Positions 12,608 to 24,669 of a DNA stretch of 34,909 bases are shown here, in pieces. The notes beneath the pieces are model-generated. The model was not told where the DNA came from. It made no database searches and saw only the letters and a program-made list of their open reading frames with translations. This DNA is from Bigelowiella natans CCMP2755. Taxonomy: Eukaryota > Protista > Cercozoa. The stretch's first letter is position 1, and each line of letters begins with the position of its first letter. A program made the translations under genes and the position numbers. Location of the stretch: NCBI GenBank assembly GCA_000320545.1, contig ADNK01000882.1, positions 1 to 34,909 of the forward strand, in the 5' to 3' direction.

Positions 12608-13510
12608 ATGAGCACCGAGAGCGGTCAGAGCGTCCAAAATGTCTTGATTTTTCAAATCTGTTGCGCCTACCTCGTCATCGCTTTGCAACTGCTGTGGTGC
12701 TGGAAACACAGGAGAGGAAGGAGAACAGGTCGGCGATGTAGAGCAGCGGTCCAATCAGTGAAGGGAAGGCGTCCTTACATGGAGGACGCTTTCGTCTGTC
12801 TACCAAAATTATCTGCAACTATGGTGGGTAGATTGGCATTTTTTGGAGTCTACGATGGCCATGGAGGAGACAAGGCTTCTAACTACCTTTCCAGGTATCT
12901 GCACGTGCTTGTCCTCTCTTCCGTGAGATTCCCCTCCGAACCTGTGGCTGCCCTGATGGAAGCCTTTCAAAAAATAGAGGAGAGCTGGTCACAGATTGCA
13001 TTGGTTTCGAAACTAAGGGATGGAAGCACGGCCTCAGTAGTGATGATACTCAAAGGCACGCTCTACGTGGCGAACCTGGGCGATTCACGTGTGGTGCTGT
13101 CAAGTCAGGGCGAGGCTTTACCTCTTACAAAGGATCATAAACCTAACGATCCGGACGAAAGAAAGAGAATTGAGTCCCTTGGTGGATTTGTGAACCATCG
13201 CCGCGGAACCTTCCGGCTTAATAATGTCCTGTCTACATCGAGGGCCATCGGCAATTTAAGTCTGAAGCCATACGTTAGCTCTGTGCCAGATGTCGTTCGG
13301 AGAAAGATAAGCCAGGAGGATAACTTCTTGATCGTAGCATCGGATGGGTTGTGGGACGTGATCAGCTCGCAGGATGCTGTTGATATCTGCGCACGTCAAA
13401 GAAATGTAAAAGAAGCGTCAGTGGCCTTAGTGGAGGAGGCGATCAGTAGATCTGGTCAAGATAACATCACGGCCATTGTAGTTGCCCTCCAAGATTATGC
13501 ATACCAATAG
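12608..13510 (+). CDS. PP2C/PPM-family protein phosphatase with N-terminal transmembrane anchor, intronless, ~300 aa
   Basis: Motifs GRRPYMED, FFGVYDGHGG, DGSTA, LYVANLGDSR, LTKDHKP, SRAIG, FLIVASDGLWDV, SGQDNITAIVV. A hydrophobic helix (VLIFQICCAYLVIALQLLW) followed by a basic tract precedes the domain. First in-frame ATG is at 12608. Confidence 0.95.
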   Translation: MSTESGQSVQNVLIFQICCAYLVIALQLLWCWKHRRGRRTGRRCRAAVQSVKGRRPYMEDAFVCLPKLSATMVGRLAFFGVYDGHGGDKASNYLSRYLHVLVLSSVRFPSEPVAALMEAFQKIEESWSQIALVSKLRDGSTASVVMILKGTLYVANLGDSRVVLSSQGEALPLTKDHKPNDPDERKRIESLGGFVNHRRGTFRLNNVLSTSRAIGNLSLKPYVSSVPDVVRRKISQEDNFLIVASDGLWDVISSQDAVDICARQRNVKEASVALVEEAISRSGQDNITAIVVALQDYAYQ

Positions 13511-14729
13511 CAGTGTAATAGATCCACATATCACCTTTCTGTACAGCACCTTGACAACCTCCTTTGCGGCTATCAGGCATGCATGCAACTTAATCTGTGC
13601 GTGCATTTTTGTTGTAATATTGCGTCGCTATTTCGCTAAGTCTTAGCTAGCGCTCCATGAACATATATGCCTCCGCCTATCATATGTAGCGAGATGCGAT
13701 GGAACAGTTGTGTGGAATGCACACATGCGGCAACTATGCATGTTTTCATGTGCCACTCAAGCACCGGCTGCAAAAGATTCTCTACTAGTGCTTTGATTGC
13801 TATTTGCCATGCGCGCAGCTGTAGCTAGCTGTGTAGCGCTCCTACGCGCAACGCCGCGTCGCTGAAATTGTACAACCTATCTAAGTCTGAGCGATAACAT
13901 TGCTAACTTTACTGCATTGCGTTCATGAAATTTGCACATGGCTGTTGATGCTGAATCAATCACATGCTTGCAAAGCTTCCGATTTCTGGTTTGACGCGAC
14001 ATGGCCAACTCTCGCATGTATAACCCTGATGCAACGCATGACATTGCCCAACCAGTCGAGGCTTAATGAGTGACCAGGAATGGCCTTGACTTAAGGCATC
14101 CTCACAGTGCAGCCATTCCCAAGCCATAAAATTTCAAAAGAAAAGGAATTGTCTGGTGTGACCACTGATAAAAAGAAATGAAGGCGATGCGTGATCTACA
14201 TAGCAGACTATCTTATCTTGTTATTATCTAAATCGTCATCACGACTACCTGTTCTTGGTTGAAAACTGTGTGACAGAAACCTCCTCTTGCATGCCGATTG
14301 AGAATTATCACTTGGTCGACTGCACTCAGGGTGCAAGCGCTGCTGGCGCGCATCGTCGCATGCCTGTTGATTTGTGCGGACATAGAGGGTCAAGGATCAT
14401 GACGACGGTTTGAAACAAATGAACACAAGCACCACATGCTTGAACGGAGGACAAAGCGGCATCAACCCACAGTTGCTGCATGCATGATGTCATGGTTTTG
14501 ATAGGATACCTTGCTTTTGTTTCCCTTTCCTCGATATTGGTTGTGTCTGCCATACCCCTGCCTGTCGCAATGGATCTATATCTTTCACATAATATGAAAG
14601 AGGAGGAGAAATATCATGTTGTGCGCAGATGCGCGTGCGCGCGCAAAACACACACACACAACAGGCAGACGCTACTGTTTTTATACCTTTGTTCTAGGAG
14701 GAAATATTCTTGTGCATCTTTCATCCAGA

Positions 14730-15097
14730 TCAATCCAGACATTGTACTTCTTGCTCTACCACCCGAAAAGCGCGAACGGATAGGGAAAACGAACACCACA
14801 GCAACTACCCACAGGCAAACAAAAGTTGGTGGGGTTGTCGATGTGTGTTGCATTGAGATTGTATGATGTGTGGGAGATATTTGTTCCGTATGTAGCTCTA
14901 TTCGTTCCCGTGTATATTGGACATACGCGTACCCATCCCGAGAAGCTGACAAAGACTGAATTCGATCTCGAGTTGTGCCTTATTATTCTCGTCAACCTTT
15001 ATTCTCCTATAAATAGCCGCATGCCCTCAATGGTTTTGGAAACTAAATATCCTCCCTCCCCCACAATTCTCCTCTATGTAGAAATATATATATATAA

Positions 15098-15136
<39 letters not shown>

Positions 15137-15641
15137 GTGTGTGCGTGTTTCAACATATCATTCTCAGCATTTCCTCCTTCATTTGTATTTGCTTGGAAGG
15201 GTGTGTTGTGCGAGGGAGAAGGAGGAGGAGGGGGGGGGAGGAGGATCATACACAAACACATACACACAAACACACACACACACCGCCATGATCCAAAACG
15301 TCCCACTCTGACCCAACAGGCAGGGCCTCTTTCCGGTACTTCTGATTTTACAAAAACCAATGAAAGACCGTCGCGAGCAGCTTACGCAGTAACAAAGTAG
15401 GAAGCACTAATCCTTCCTGTCTCCATCCATGGCGCCATTCTTAGCCCTACCTTCCGTACATCCATACTAGACTACATAGCACACCACCACCACGCTCGCC
15501 ATCACCACGAACTTTTCCACAACGTATCCGATAACAACCTGCTTTAGGTGAAAATGCTGCGCCTCCGGCTGTCAGCCATGGAAAACCGAGAAAATTTCCC
15601 CCATCTCACTCACTTCTACTTCGAAGGGGCACTCCTACAAT

Positions 15642-15674
<33 letters not shown>

Positions 15675-15840
15675 CTACTCAGATGAGAGCTCCTTCGCTG
15701 TTGTTGCTACTACTGCTGTTTGTGTTCGCCCGCAAGTAAAACAGCGGCGCACCAGAAGAAAGGCCACGAAGAGATTTGGTAAACGAATAAAACTCTCCCT
15801 CTTTTTCTCTAAGCAATGTCTCTTCACATACAAGTAGCAT
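14730..15840 (-). CDS. Small multi-exon hypothetical protein (3' structure unresolved, may extend to ~14200)
   Basis: Phase-consistent GT-AG exons 15753-15840, 15614-15634, 15386-15446, 14933-15006 give MLLVCEETLLREKEGEFYSFTKSLRGLSSGVPLRSRRLRMAPWMETGRISASYFVTARIKVDENNKAQLEIEFSLCQLLGM, then EQEVQCLD* from the acceptor at 14755. No family confidently recognised. Confidence 0.35.
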
Positions 15841-16223
15841 TTTGCCCTTCCCTCGCCCTTAGGCCTGTAGCGAATAAAAGGCAAAAATCAAATTTGGCCA
15901 TCGTCATCGCGCGTCATGGATTATGCGACGACTTTTATTAACGAACCTAGGCGTCGACGGGAAGGAGCAATTTCGCCAAAAGCAACACGTGCACAAAAAC
16001 GTACCACGTGACCATCGTGTTACATGTATCGAGAGCCTCCGGATGCCATCGGAGAGCACAAGGAGCGATGCTCAAGACGCAGATAATAAATCACATTTAA
16101 CATGTGATTTACACCCTGCGACAACTATGAATTGCCTCGAGCAAAAGCGAAACTGAAGGAAACCGCAGCTGATTCCGAAATTAGCAAATTCGGAACGGGT
16201 TGTATGTCGTAGCAAGGAAAACC

Positions 16224-17328
16224 ATGAGGAGAGGGATCGAGACGATTCCCGTTAGCTTGGAATTGATATCTTACGATGTTTCCGGGTATAAGTTTGGTCT
16301 AAAACGGACCGATCAGTCCAAACACCTTCGAAGCAGCAGCAGCAGAAAGAAGAGCATCCCATCCCCAGGTGCTTCTCATGCCCTTCAACGGCCCTCCCCA
16401 TGGAGGCGGACCCCCGCACCAAAACCATCACGCGTACTTTCAGCATCAATGGGGAGCTCCACATTCACTTCCTTCACAAGGGGGAAGGATGATGCGTGGA
16501 GGAGGGCGAAGAGGAGGAGGAGGAGGAGGAGGAGGAGGAGGAGGAGGGCGAAGAGGCAGGAGGGGAGGGCGTCACCCTTCTTACCACCATCCGCCAAACT
16601 GGCCCCCGAAAAGCTTCGGGGGAAGGGGAAACTATCATCAACGCGGCCCCCAAAGAAATTATCGTGGCGGAAGGGGCTGGAATCGCGGCTCTGGAAGGGG
16701 CCACAAGCGCCAAAACCAGTGGGGAAACAACCACAACAACAACAGACGGAGGGGCTCGCGTGGGGTTAGTGGCACGATAGAAGACTACTACAAAAGGTCT
16801 ATAATTCAGGATCCTTGGGAATCATTATACACGGAGGTAATATTTATTCTCTGCTGAAGAACACGCATAATAGAGTAGTCCAATGCTTGACCCATTGCAT
16901 TCTATCAGGAAGAGAAACGCGAGTTCGGCAGCAATGGCTTGGTGGCGCACAGCAGCGAACCAGATGAGTCTAGAATACCAGCAATAAGCACAACATTAGC
17001 GACAACATCCAGCAACCAGACAGAAATGGGAGCAGGGTTGTCAACCAAACCCCGCGAACCATCGATAACTCCGTCGGGCAATGAGGAGGGCAAACGTCAT
17101 GAGGCTGCTCCAAAACCTCCCTCGGGATTGCTAGCACTTTTGTCGGGAAAGACACCAGAAATATCACCCCCATTATCGATTCCCTCTACGGAACAAACCA
17201 AAGTGTTTGACAAGAATCCAGATGCACCCAAAGCTACATCAACGAGTGCCCACGACCGAAAACCCTCCAAAAAGCCTTCTGGATTACTTGGCCTTCTCTC
17301 CGGAGTGAAGCCAGCGGCATCATCTTGA
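16224..17328 (+). CDS. RGG/Pro/His-rich protein with MPLKIP (TTDN1)/SICKLE-type motif
   Basis: Low-complexity RGG region followed by IEDYYKRSIIQDPWESL, matching the Y(Y/F)-K-x-S-M-x-EDPW-x2-L signature of MPLKIP and SICKLE. Intron 16837-16908 joins in frame to the 16909-17328 exon. The start is either 16224 (via intron 16251-16368) or 16378. Confidence 0.65.
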
Positions 17329-17586
17329 TTGATAGAAGGATTTCTTCAGTAGTTTGATAAGGAAAATGAATCTGCGCAGTCGTGCGATGTCTCATTTGAT
17401 GTGGGCCATCATGATAACAAGAGGGACAATGGACATAAACGCACCACTAGCAGCTGCCACAACGGCAAGCAAGCAAAGGAAGTGTAAAATCATCATGCAA
17501 CGCATGCAAAGAGGCATTAACTGTAGCCCATAGCTGATTACATCTATATTGTTATTGCAGGCTTGCACTATCGCCTTCTTTACATA

Positions 17587-17617
<31 letters not shown>

Positions 17618-18151
17618 ATATACATATGCTAGTGTGTGATACCAACCAATGCAAGCGCTTCGGTAACCAAACAGCACGGAGTAACAAAATGATCTTTACA
17701 GCGCACTAGTGTGCAGTAGCGTATGTATGTGTACGTACTGTACAATCACTCATCAAGCTTATTCGTTGCAAACTGTGCATGCTATAGTGTGGAATGTAGC
17801 TGCACGTACACATTTATCCACATAGAAAATATTTATTCGATCTAGATATACATCGCGCACTGGCGTCATGTACACTGCAGATAGATGCGCGCTACTGCAT
17901 GTGCAAGTCATCGTCACAGCGGCAGCGCTTATGATGCACAACACGCAGTACGTGTTATGTCATCTTGCATATGCGCGTGCACTGTGTCTCTTGTAGCACG
18001 ACGTATGGCTATGTATGCCCACGTACAGCTACACTCGCGATCGATTTACTTTTTATTCTTAGCAGGCGGAGCTCATGCGAAACAAGGCGCTTATGATACG
18101 TTGCCTCGTCATTGCTCTATTCGCACGATTTAATATTGCCATTAATCGTCG

Positions 18152-18185
<34 letters not shown>

Positions 18186-18216
18186 ATGTGTGACATGCAT
18201 GTCGTTTGCCTCCTCT

Positions 18217-20115
18217 CTATTTTCCTTGCTCTTTCATTAGCTTTGGCAACCAGATCCGGATGACAGGCTGCATCAGAGATCCTGCAAAGTGTATGTTTCA
18301 TTTCATGAATCAAAATTGTCTCTCACAAAATCATGATAACAAAAATTTGATCGGGAAGTCACACTAACCCGTCGCAACGTATCCATCGGGGTGGCATGCG
18401 ACCGCAAGGACGGTTTCGTCAGGGTTCTCTGAAAATGGCACATCATCAATGTGTAGTGCGTACGTAGAGAGTTGGCCATAGTAAAGTATAGTAACAGGAG
18501 TTCTGGTAGTAGTAGTAGTAGTAGTAGTAGTTGTTGTTGTTCGAGTTTCATAAATAAAAGCAGAATGCAGTCCTACGACAAGCGAGGAGCACAGTGAAGA
18601 CGGTAGTAGCAGTGGTAGTAGATACAGACGGCAACTGCTACCGGAGTGCTGGAGCTTGCTCACTAATGTCGCATTCCTGCTCGCATTCCACATGTAAGCG
18701 CAGCCGTCTTCAGAGCCGCTCACCTGCAAGCACGAACACGCAACAATAACAATGATCCCGTCCGGCATCATCGCATTTCGTGATCTCACACATCATCGAT
18801 GTTGCATACAAAGATATCACAGAGAGTTGGGGAGGAGGAGGAGGGAGAAGAGAGAATGAGGAATTGGAAGTGTCGAGAAGGGTTGTTGAGGCTATAATCT
18901 AGCTGTAGTAGTAGAAGAAGAAGAAGAAGTAGTAGTAGTAGTAGTAGCGGTACTGACGGAGGTAGTGGTAACAGCTATAAAAGAGATTGCTAAGTAGTGG
19001 TTTTGGATGTATTTGCTGCTGTTTGTTGTTGCAGAGAGAAATCTAGTCTCGGGGTGTTTAAAAGGATTCGTTCGCCATTACCACTCTCTGTTTCTCCCGT
19101 ATTGGCCAGATAGATATCGAAGCACAATATTTACTACTCTTGTGGCCTTTGAAATAGGCTTCCAATTTCAATTTCTGGTGTACAAACGAGGGGTGTGGAG
19201 GAACAGGACTTCATTTCGACACGGACGGCAAGGATTTTGAGCGAGTTTGCAAATATGGATGTGGGCGTTCTGTCGCACACTACTGAAGGGAAGGTGGTGT
19301 ATGAATTACTCTAAAATCCCACAGACAGACTTTTCCGTCCAGAGTCCCTGATATTATTAAGGGTAACACGGGTGGTGGGAAAACTAGTTGTTAGTTTATA
19401 TTAGACGTCATTGTAGAAACCTTAATACTTCCCCCCCCCCCCCAACCCCCCCTTTTCCACTGCTCACTCCGACAAGCAAGAGGAAAATACTTACCACAGA
19501 GCACGTACTTCTCATTAGGAACAAATTTTACATTATATCTGTGGAAGGACGTGTGTGACGGCACAAATAACGGGGGGGGGGGGGGGGGGTTGGAATAAGA
19601 TTACGCCGATGTGTCTTGGTCGTCACACGTAGCTTTGCAGCACAATAACAGCAGAATAACATCGATATTTGTTCTAGGATGAATAGCATACGCATGAATC
19701 TCTACTCCTCGTTTCTATGAGGGTGCTGTCATCAGTTACGATGATTGCCCATCTATTTAAACACTCATCGTCATCGCTTCCATTGTCACTCACACGGGGA
19801 AGTTGTTGTCCTGTCCTATTGTTCTCAGCAGATTCCCTGTCTCTGTTTCCCAGATTCGGCTGGAGAACAGTACCATGGGAGGGGGGGGGGGGGGAGGGGG
19901 CATGGAAGAAAATAGACTTACATTCCATCAAAAACCAGTGGTTTCACAGCATCAAGATCATCTACGGTACCACAGCCCATCGAAGCTTCCAGAGACGATT
20001 AACTTGCCTGCGGGGCGGGGGCAGAAATATCTCATCAGAGGCGTTGTGGAGAGACGGGTCGCTTCCCACCCATCTAATTTACATTCGGCATCTGCGAGTA
20101 TTCTCTCTCTCTCTC

Positions 20116-20163
<48 letters not shown>

Positions 20164-21394
20164 GAAACCTACTCCTACAACAAGGGTAAAAGATCATTAT
20201 TAACTACCGTCATTGTTAAAATCTACAGCCGTTATCTGCTTCGTATGGCCCGGTATCTGCTTGAATCTGGAAGCATAGCAACATAAGGGAAGAATGAGGG
20301 AAATTTTCGATTGCAGGCCGTCACTCCGAGGGAAAGAATATTGAGCAGGCTATTTTCATTGCTAGCGTGATCGTCATCGTTTCATCATGTATATCTAACA
20401 TGAACATCCTCAATATCATTGATTCTCACGACTCACATTTTCCCCGGACGCACGCTCCAGACGCGAACTGCGCAAAGAATCAAAACTCATGGGAGAGAAA
20501 CGCTGTACAAGTATGGTTGCGTTACTGATAAAGTCACAGCCTCCGCTGACAATGAGAGTCTCGCTCTTATTGAAGCAAGCCGAGAAGACCTACATGAAAT
20601 ATGTACAGCAACGTGGGCTTGTCAGCTCGTTGTGTGTCGCCGTGAACGTCATCATCGCCACGTCATACTTTTCGGTACCGGTTTCGTGTGTCCTTTTAGC
20701 CGTCTCAACACTTTGCCCTGCACATTTTGTGGTTGCCAAAAAAAGTGCGCGTGAGATATAAAGCGGTTTGGCAAAGGGGGCAGGGGCTAGTCGCCTGCTA
20801 TATATAAGACTCGAAGCACCTCCTCGACATTCCAAACTACAATGGTGTTGTCGTCACTGGCGGAGCATAAGAACCTTTAGATTATACGTACGTGATAGCT
20901 GGTTATGTGAGTGATATATGGAAGATCAATCAATAATACGGTGGCCTCGATGGCAATTGCATGAAGATGTACTGCCGCCGTCAGCGGTTCTCATATCAGC
21001 TCGCAGAATGTTTTGTTACTTGGAAGTTTTCTTCCCCCATGAAATATCGTTGATTCCAGCCTCATGAATACCAGAGAGTGTCTTCACCAAAGTCCCTTCC
21101 TTAAAGTTCCATATCTTCACCGTGCTATCAGCAGCTGAGAACACAGAAGTTTGTCACAGGCATCGACGTTGGAGCTCCATAAGAAAACTCAGAGCGCAGA
21201 AACAGAAAAGGAAACAGGAAAGGAAGACTCGCATTACATGCACTTGCCAAAAGCTTTCCGTCCCCCGAAAACTTCAGACTACAGATACTTTTCTTGTGTC
21301 CTTCAAGGCTGTGCAGCGTGCGGAAAGTGTCGCTCGGGTCGACGCTTAATACGGTGGAGGTCTTCGTCTCGCTTTTTTGAGAAGCAGAGGCCAT
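18217..21394 (-). CDS. WDR5: WDR5/Swd3-like seven-bladed WD40 protein (divergent), ~15 exons
   Basis: Spliced product is collinear with WDR5: GHKKSICSLKFSGDGKLLASA|SADSTVKIW..HEAGINDISW..|FLCSASDDNTIVVW|..LKGHTKP|VFSACFN..LIVSGG..IRVW|..PGHTKQITAVDFNNDG|KLIVSGSFDGLC|RIWETETGNLLRTIGQDNNFPV|YNVKFVPNEKYVLC|GTLDGKVCLWD|..FKGHKSSKYC..|VSGSEDGCAYMWN..|VLAVACHP..|IRIW. Stop TAG at 18217-18219. A possible N-terminal extension reaches ~21580. Confidence 0.85.
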
Positions 21395-21469
21395 CTTATG
21401 TTATCTCGCTGAAGTTTCTATCTATTACAATTAGACTAAATCTGCTTGGCTGCGCTACTGGCTGGCTGG

Positions 21470-21511
21470 CTGCCTGCCCCCTCTTCTTGCCTGCCTGCCC
21501 CCTCTTCTTGC
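21470..21511. repeat. Perfect 21-bp tandem duplication (ctgcctgccccctcttcttgc)x2
   Basis: Directly visible; on the minus strand it reads GKKRGQA twice. Confidence 0.9.
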
Positions 21512-22186
21512 CTCCTCGAACAGAGGCGGGTGTGGATTTAAAGTGTCGAGACTTCGGTAAGATGAGGTTGTTATTATTATTATAATATCGCAGGTGATCT
21601 CTCTCTCTCTCTCTTTAAGATGTTTCCAGCTGGGAAAATTGCCTACATTTTGATAAGTCACAGCGCAACAAAGGATAGTTGTTCCCGCATGTTGCCACTG
21701 GTAGGGAATATTTCCCGGTGAGTTTCCGGATGTAGCGCAGCAGCGTGCATTTCTTTCTTGCTTTCCCTTGACGAAAAATTAACATCCAATTCAAAAAAAA
21801 AAAAAAAAACTCAAAAATAATAATAGATCTACTGAACAAAAAAGAAGTGAACGCGCCGAAAGAAGAGAAGAAGTACTGTTCTAGTCCTACGAGAGCTGTT
21901 GGTAACGAGTTGTTCGAATGAATGAATCTAAGGCAAAAATCCCTCAAACGAGCTCGACCAAAAGCACATCAATCAATCAATGCAGCTAAAATTAGCTGAT
22001 GAGAGAGCATGCGCGCCTACGTAATTGAGCATGCCAGCACGAGCGCGTATTTTTCCTCTTCGGAGTCGTAAATAGGCTGTCGTTGTGCGATATTCGCAGG
22101 TTTCTCATGCCCCTTTTGGAAATAACAGCACCTGCTAGGAGATCAGTACCGCCTTGGAGTCTCTCTTGCTTGTCCCACGATCGGGT

Positions 22187-23540
22187 ATGGGCTGCTCCTG
22201 CTCCGCCTCTAGCGCGGTAAGGAATGTGTGCGGGGTTATGCCCGTGCCTCGAGAGGTATGAAGTTTTATTCTGCGAACAATGTAGGTTAATCTTTCGATC
22301 GAGAGGCAATGCTCCATGATGTTCCTGAGGCTTACGACCCAGCTTGCAACGGACGAGTTTGGCAGGTGTTCAAAGTGTTCATAATGTTGCTGCAATTACT
22401 AAATGAACCGCTTTCAGAGCTCGAGATATGAAGAAATTCATTTTTGGAAGGAAGATAATCGTTCAGTCAGTCTTAATAGATGTCTGGATTCTATACATGG
22501 GAGAGAACAACCAAGCCTCGGAGATGCCTAAAAACGTCTTCAAAGAAATATTTGGATGCTACGTTTCTGCTGTCGTGAAATACCTATCACAGGTGAGGAG
22601 TATTTGTATTGTTTGGGCTACCCTAGCCTAACGTGATGAAGAAATTTACGAGAGCAGCTGAAGAAAGGAGGAAGTCGCCAAATTTTATGATAAATTGTAT
22701 CATGATTCTTCGAGAGAATACGAAGGGGCACGTAAAAAACTAAAAATGTGCTGCGTGTGATGCGCCTCAAAGATGATGATGTTTCTATAATATAGTGGGT
22801 TAGGAATATGCTGGTACTGTCCATGAAGTCTCTTAATCTGAATCTCTCTGAAAATGACATATGGGATATCTTCAACGACTGCAAAAGATACATAGACTGT
22901 ATTCCATTAAACCCTTTTTTCGTTCTTTCTCCTTTCTCTTATTATATGATTCTAATCTACATTCGACTGGTAATGTCGAGTGTTCTAACTATCTATCGGT
23001 TTTTCAGTTGAAATTGAGCTCAAGATGACGCAGCTTCGAGATATCGAGAACCTTAGCGACTGTGTGTGGAAGAGTCTTGAAGAGGTAGAATCTGAAGTAA
23101 AAGAGAATTCTGCACGCTAACATTCTCATAACAGCGAGGCGCGCTGAACCCAGACGGAACTACCAGGGTGGATTACACAGTGTTTCGGTTGCTTTTCATT
23201 AAGTGCGCTGAGGATTCATGGGGAAAGTGTGTCCATTTCTACGCTCAAAATAGCCTTTCTCTGAAACTTAAAACCAATTTCTTACTAGGAAGAAATTTTG
23301 GAAAAATATTTGTAAAATTGTCTGGCCTTATATCTCGATGAGGCTTATGAGGGATCAGACTTAGTCTGCATAGTATTTCCAGGTTAGTCATTTCTATATC
23401 CATCGGGGTAGCTTGTAAGATCAATTTCGAATTGTGCTAATTTTTTTCATTTAAGATCACAGATTCTAGGACTCATTCTGAAGATCCGACATGAGGCTAA
23501 GATACTGAGAATAGACTCAAAGCGCACAAATTTTCAGTGA
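22187..23540 (+). CDS. Hypothetical protein with N-terminal myristoylation/palmitoylation signal (MGCSCS), ~8 exons
   Basis: Phase-consistent exons: MGCSCSASSA|VNLSIERQCSMMFLRLTTQLATDEFGR|ARDMKKFIF..KYLSQ|WVRNMLVLSMK..YID|FEIELKMTQLRDIENLSDCVWKSLEE|RGALNPDGTTRVDYTVFRLLFIKCAEDSWGK|LVISISIG|ILGLILK..TNFQ*. The last three exons are less certain. Confidence 0.6.
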
Positions 23541-24429
23541 ACTGACACTCTGAATTGATTATTGATAGTGTCGTTTTATGCTCCATGTTTTGCAGTGTTG
23601 CTTGCATACTACAATTTCACCTTCGCAAACTAGGTCGATATCGCCTTTGTACACAGTATATTACAGGCTTTACGCCTCAACCCACTATATCAAATACATA
23701 TACACTAACAAGATAGCGCAAAATTGATTTTTAATATTGTCTTCAGATCCAAAATAGACATTATGTCTGTTGGGAATCCTGATATCATGTACATATACAC
23801 AAGACGCCAGATCTTGCATTGATTGATTACAAATGATAAGTTCTATTCTATACACACACTGAGGTATCCTGTTTATGGACTGATGGGCATGATTCACAAT
23901 GATGTGCACGTTTGTATGTGTCGTGCAGTGCAAGCAATGGATCCGGAGGGCAACATGCTTACATGTGTAGCAACGAGTAGTGTGTGTGTGTGTGTAGCTA
24001 CTGTGTGTGTTTGTACCGAACGAAGGCAGAGCCCCGCTAGCCCGGATAGGCAGTTCCACATGACACGCAGTATATATGCAGCATTTTCATGTGTGCACGT
24101 ACGTAAATTGTGATTCAATACATGCGGCACAGCATGACGTTAGTCAGCGCTGAGATGTGGCACCTAGTATGCACACTCTGTTGCATTTGTGGCGCATTCC
24201 GTATATTGTTCGCTCATTGCCCAATATATTTTGAGCGATTTTATTGTTAGAACGTACGTGTCACATGCATTTCATCAAACCGCAGTGGCGTCGCGTCGTA
24301 CTTCCCATTTATTTCGCAACCCTTGCTTGATGTGCAGCATAGAACTGCAAAGAATGCTAATATTATAATGGTCACCAAGGCAAATATTTCCTTGCCCGAT
24401 ATCGTTACTTAAGATTATGATGTTATGGC

Positions 24430-24629
24430 TCACGCCAAACCAGCCTCTTGCATGGATTCCAACATAAGAGCGCCAATGGTAGCTGGAGATCTGGAAACCT
24501 GGTAGGGACAATGAAGAGTGTTTTTTAGCGTCTGCCACACTTGTTTGAAAACTAGACACACGGCGGTCACGTCACAACCAGCCGAACACAGCTAAATGAT
24601 GCCATCATAGTAGTTTTGCAAGGCCATGT

Positions 24630-24669
<40 letters not shown>

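Noticed and set aside
15750-15840. LSm2 similarity (MLL..FYSFTKSL)
   Set aside because: It requires an unusually short intron, and the downstream sequence has no Sm fold motifs.
15614-15901. UGA formed across a splice junction, suggesting a selenoprotein
   Set aside because: An alternative exon model joins without any stop, and no redox motif or SECIS element was identified.
16200-16780. Alternative poly-Arg and poly-Glu frames over the (GGA)n tract
   Set aside because: Only the RGG frame carries the conserved DPW motif and splices in phase to the last exon.
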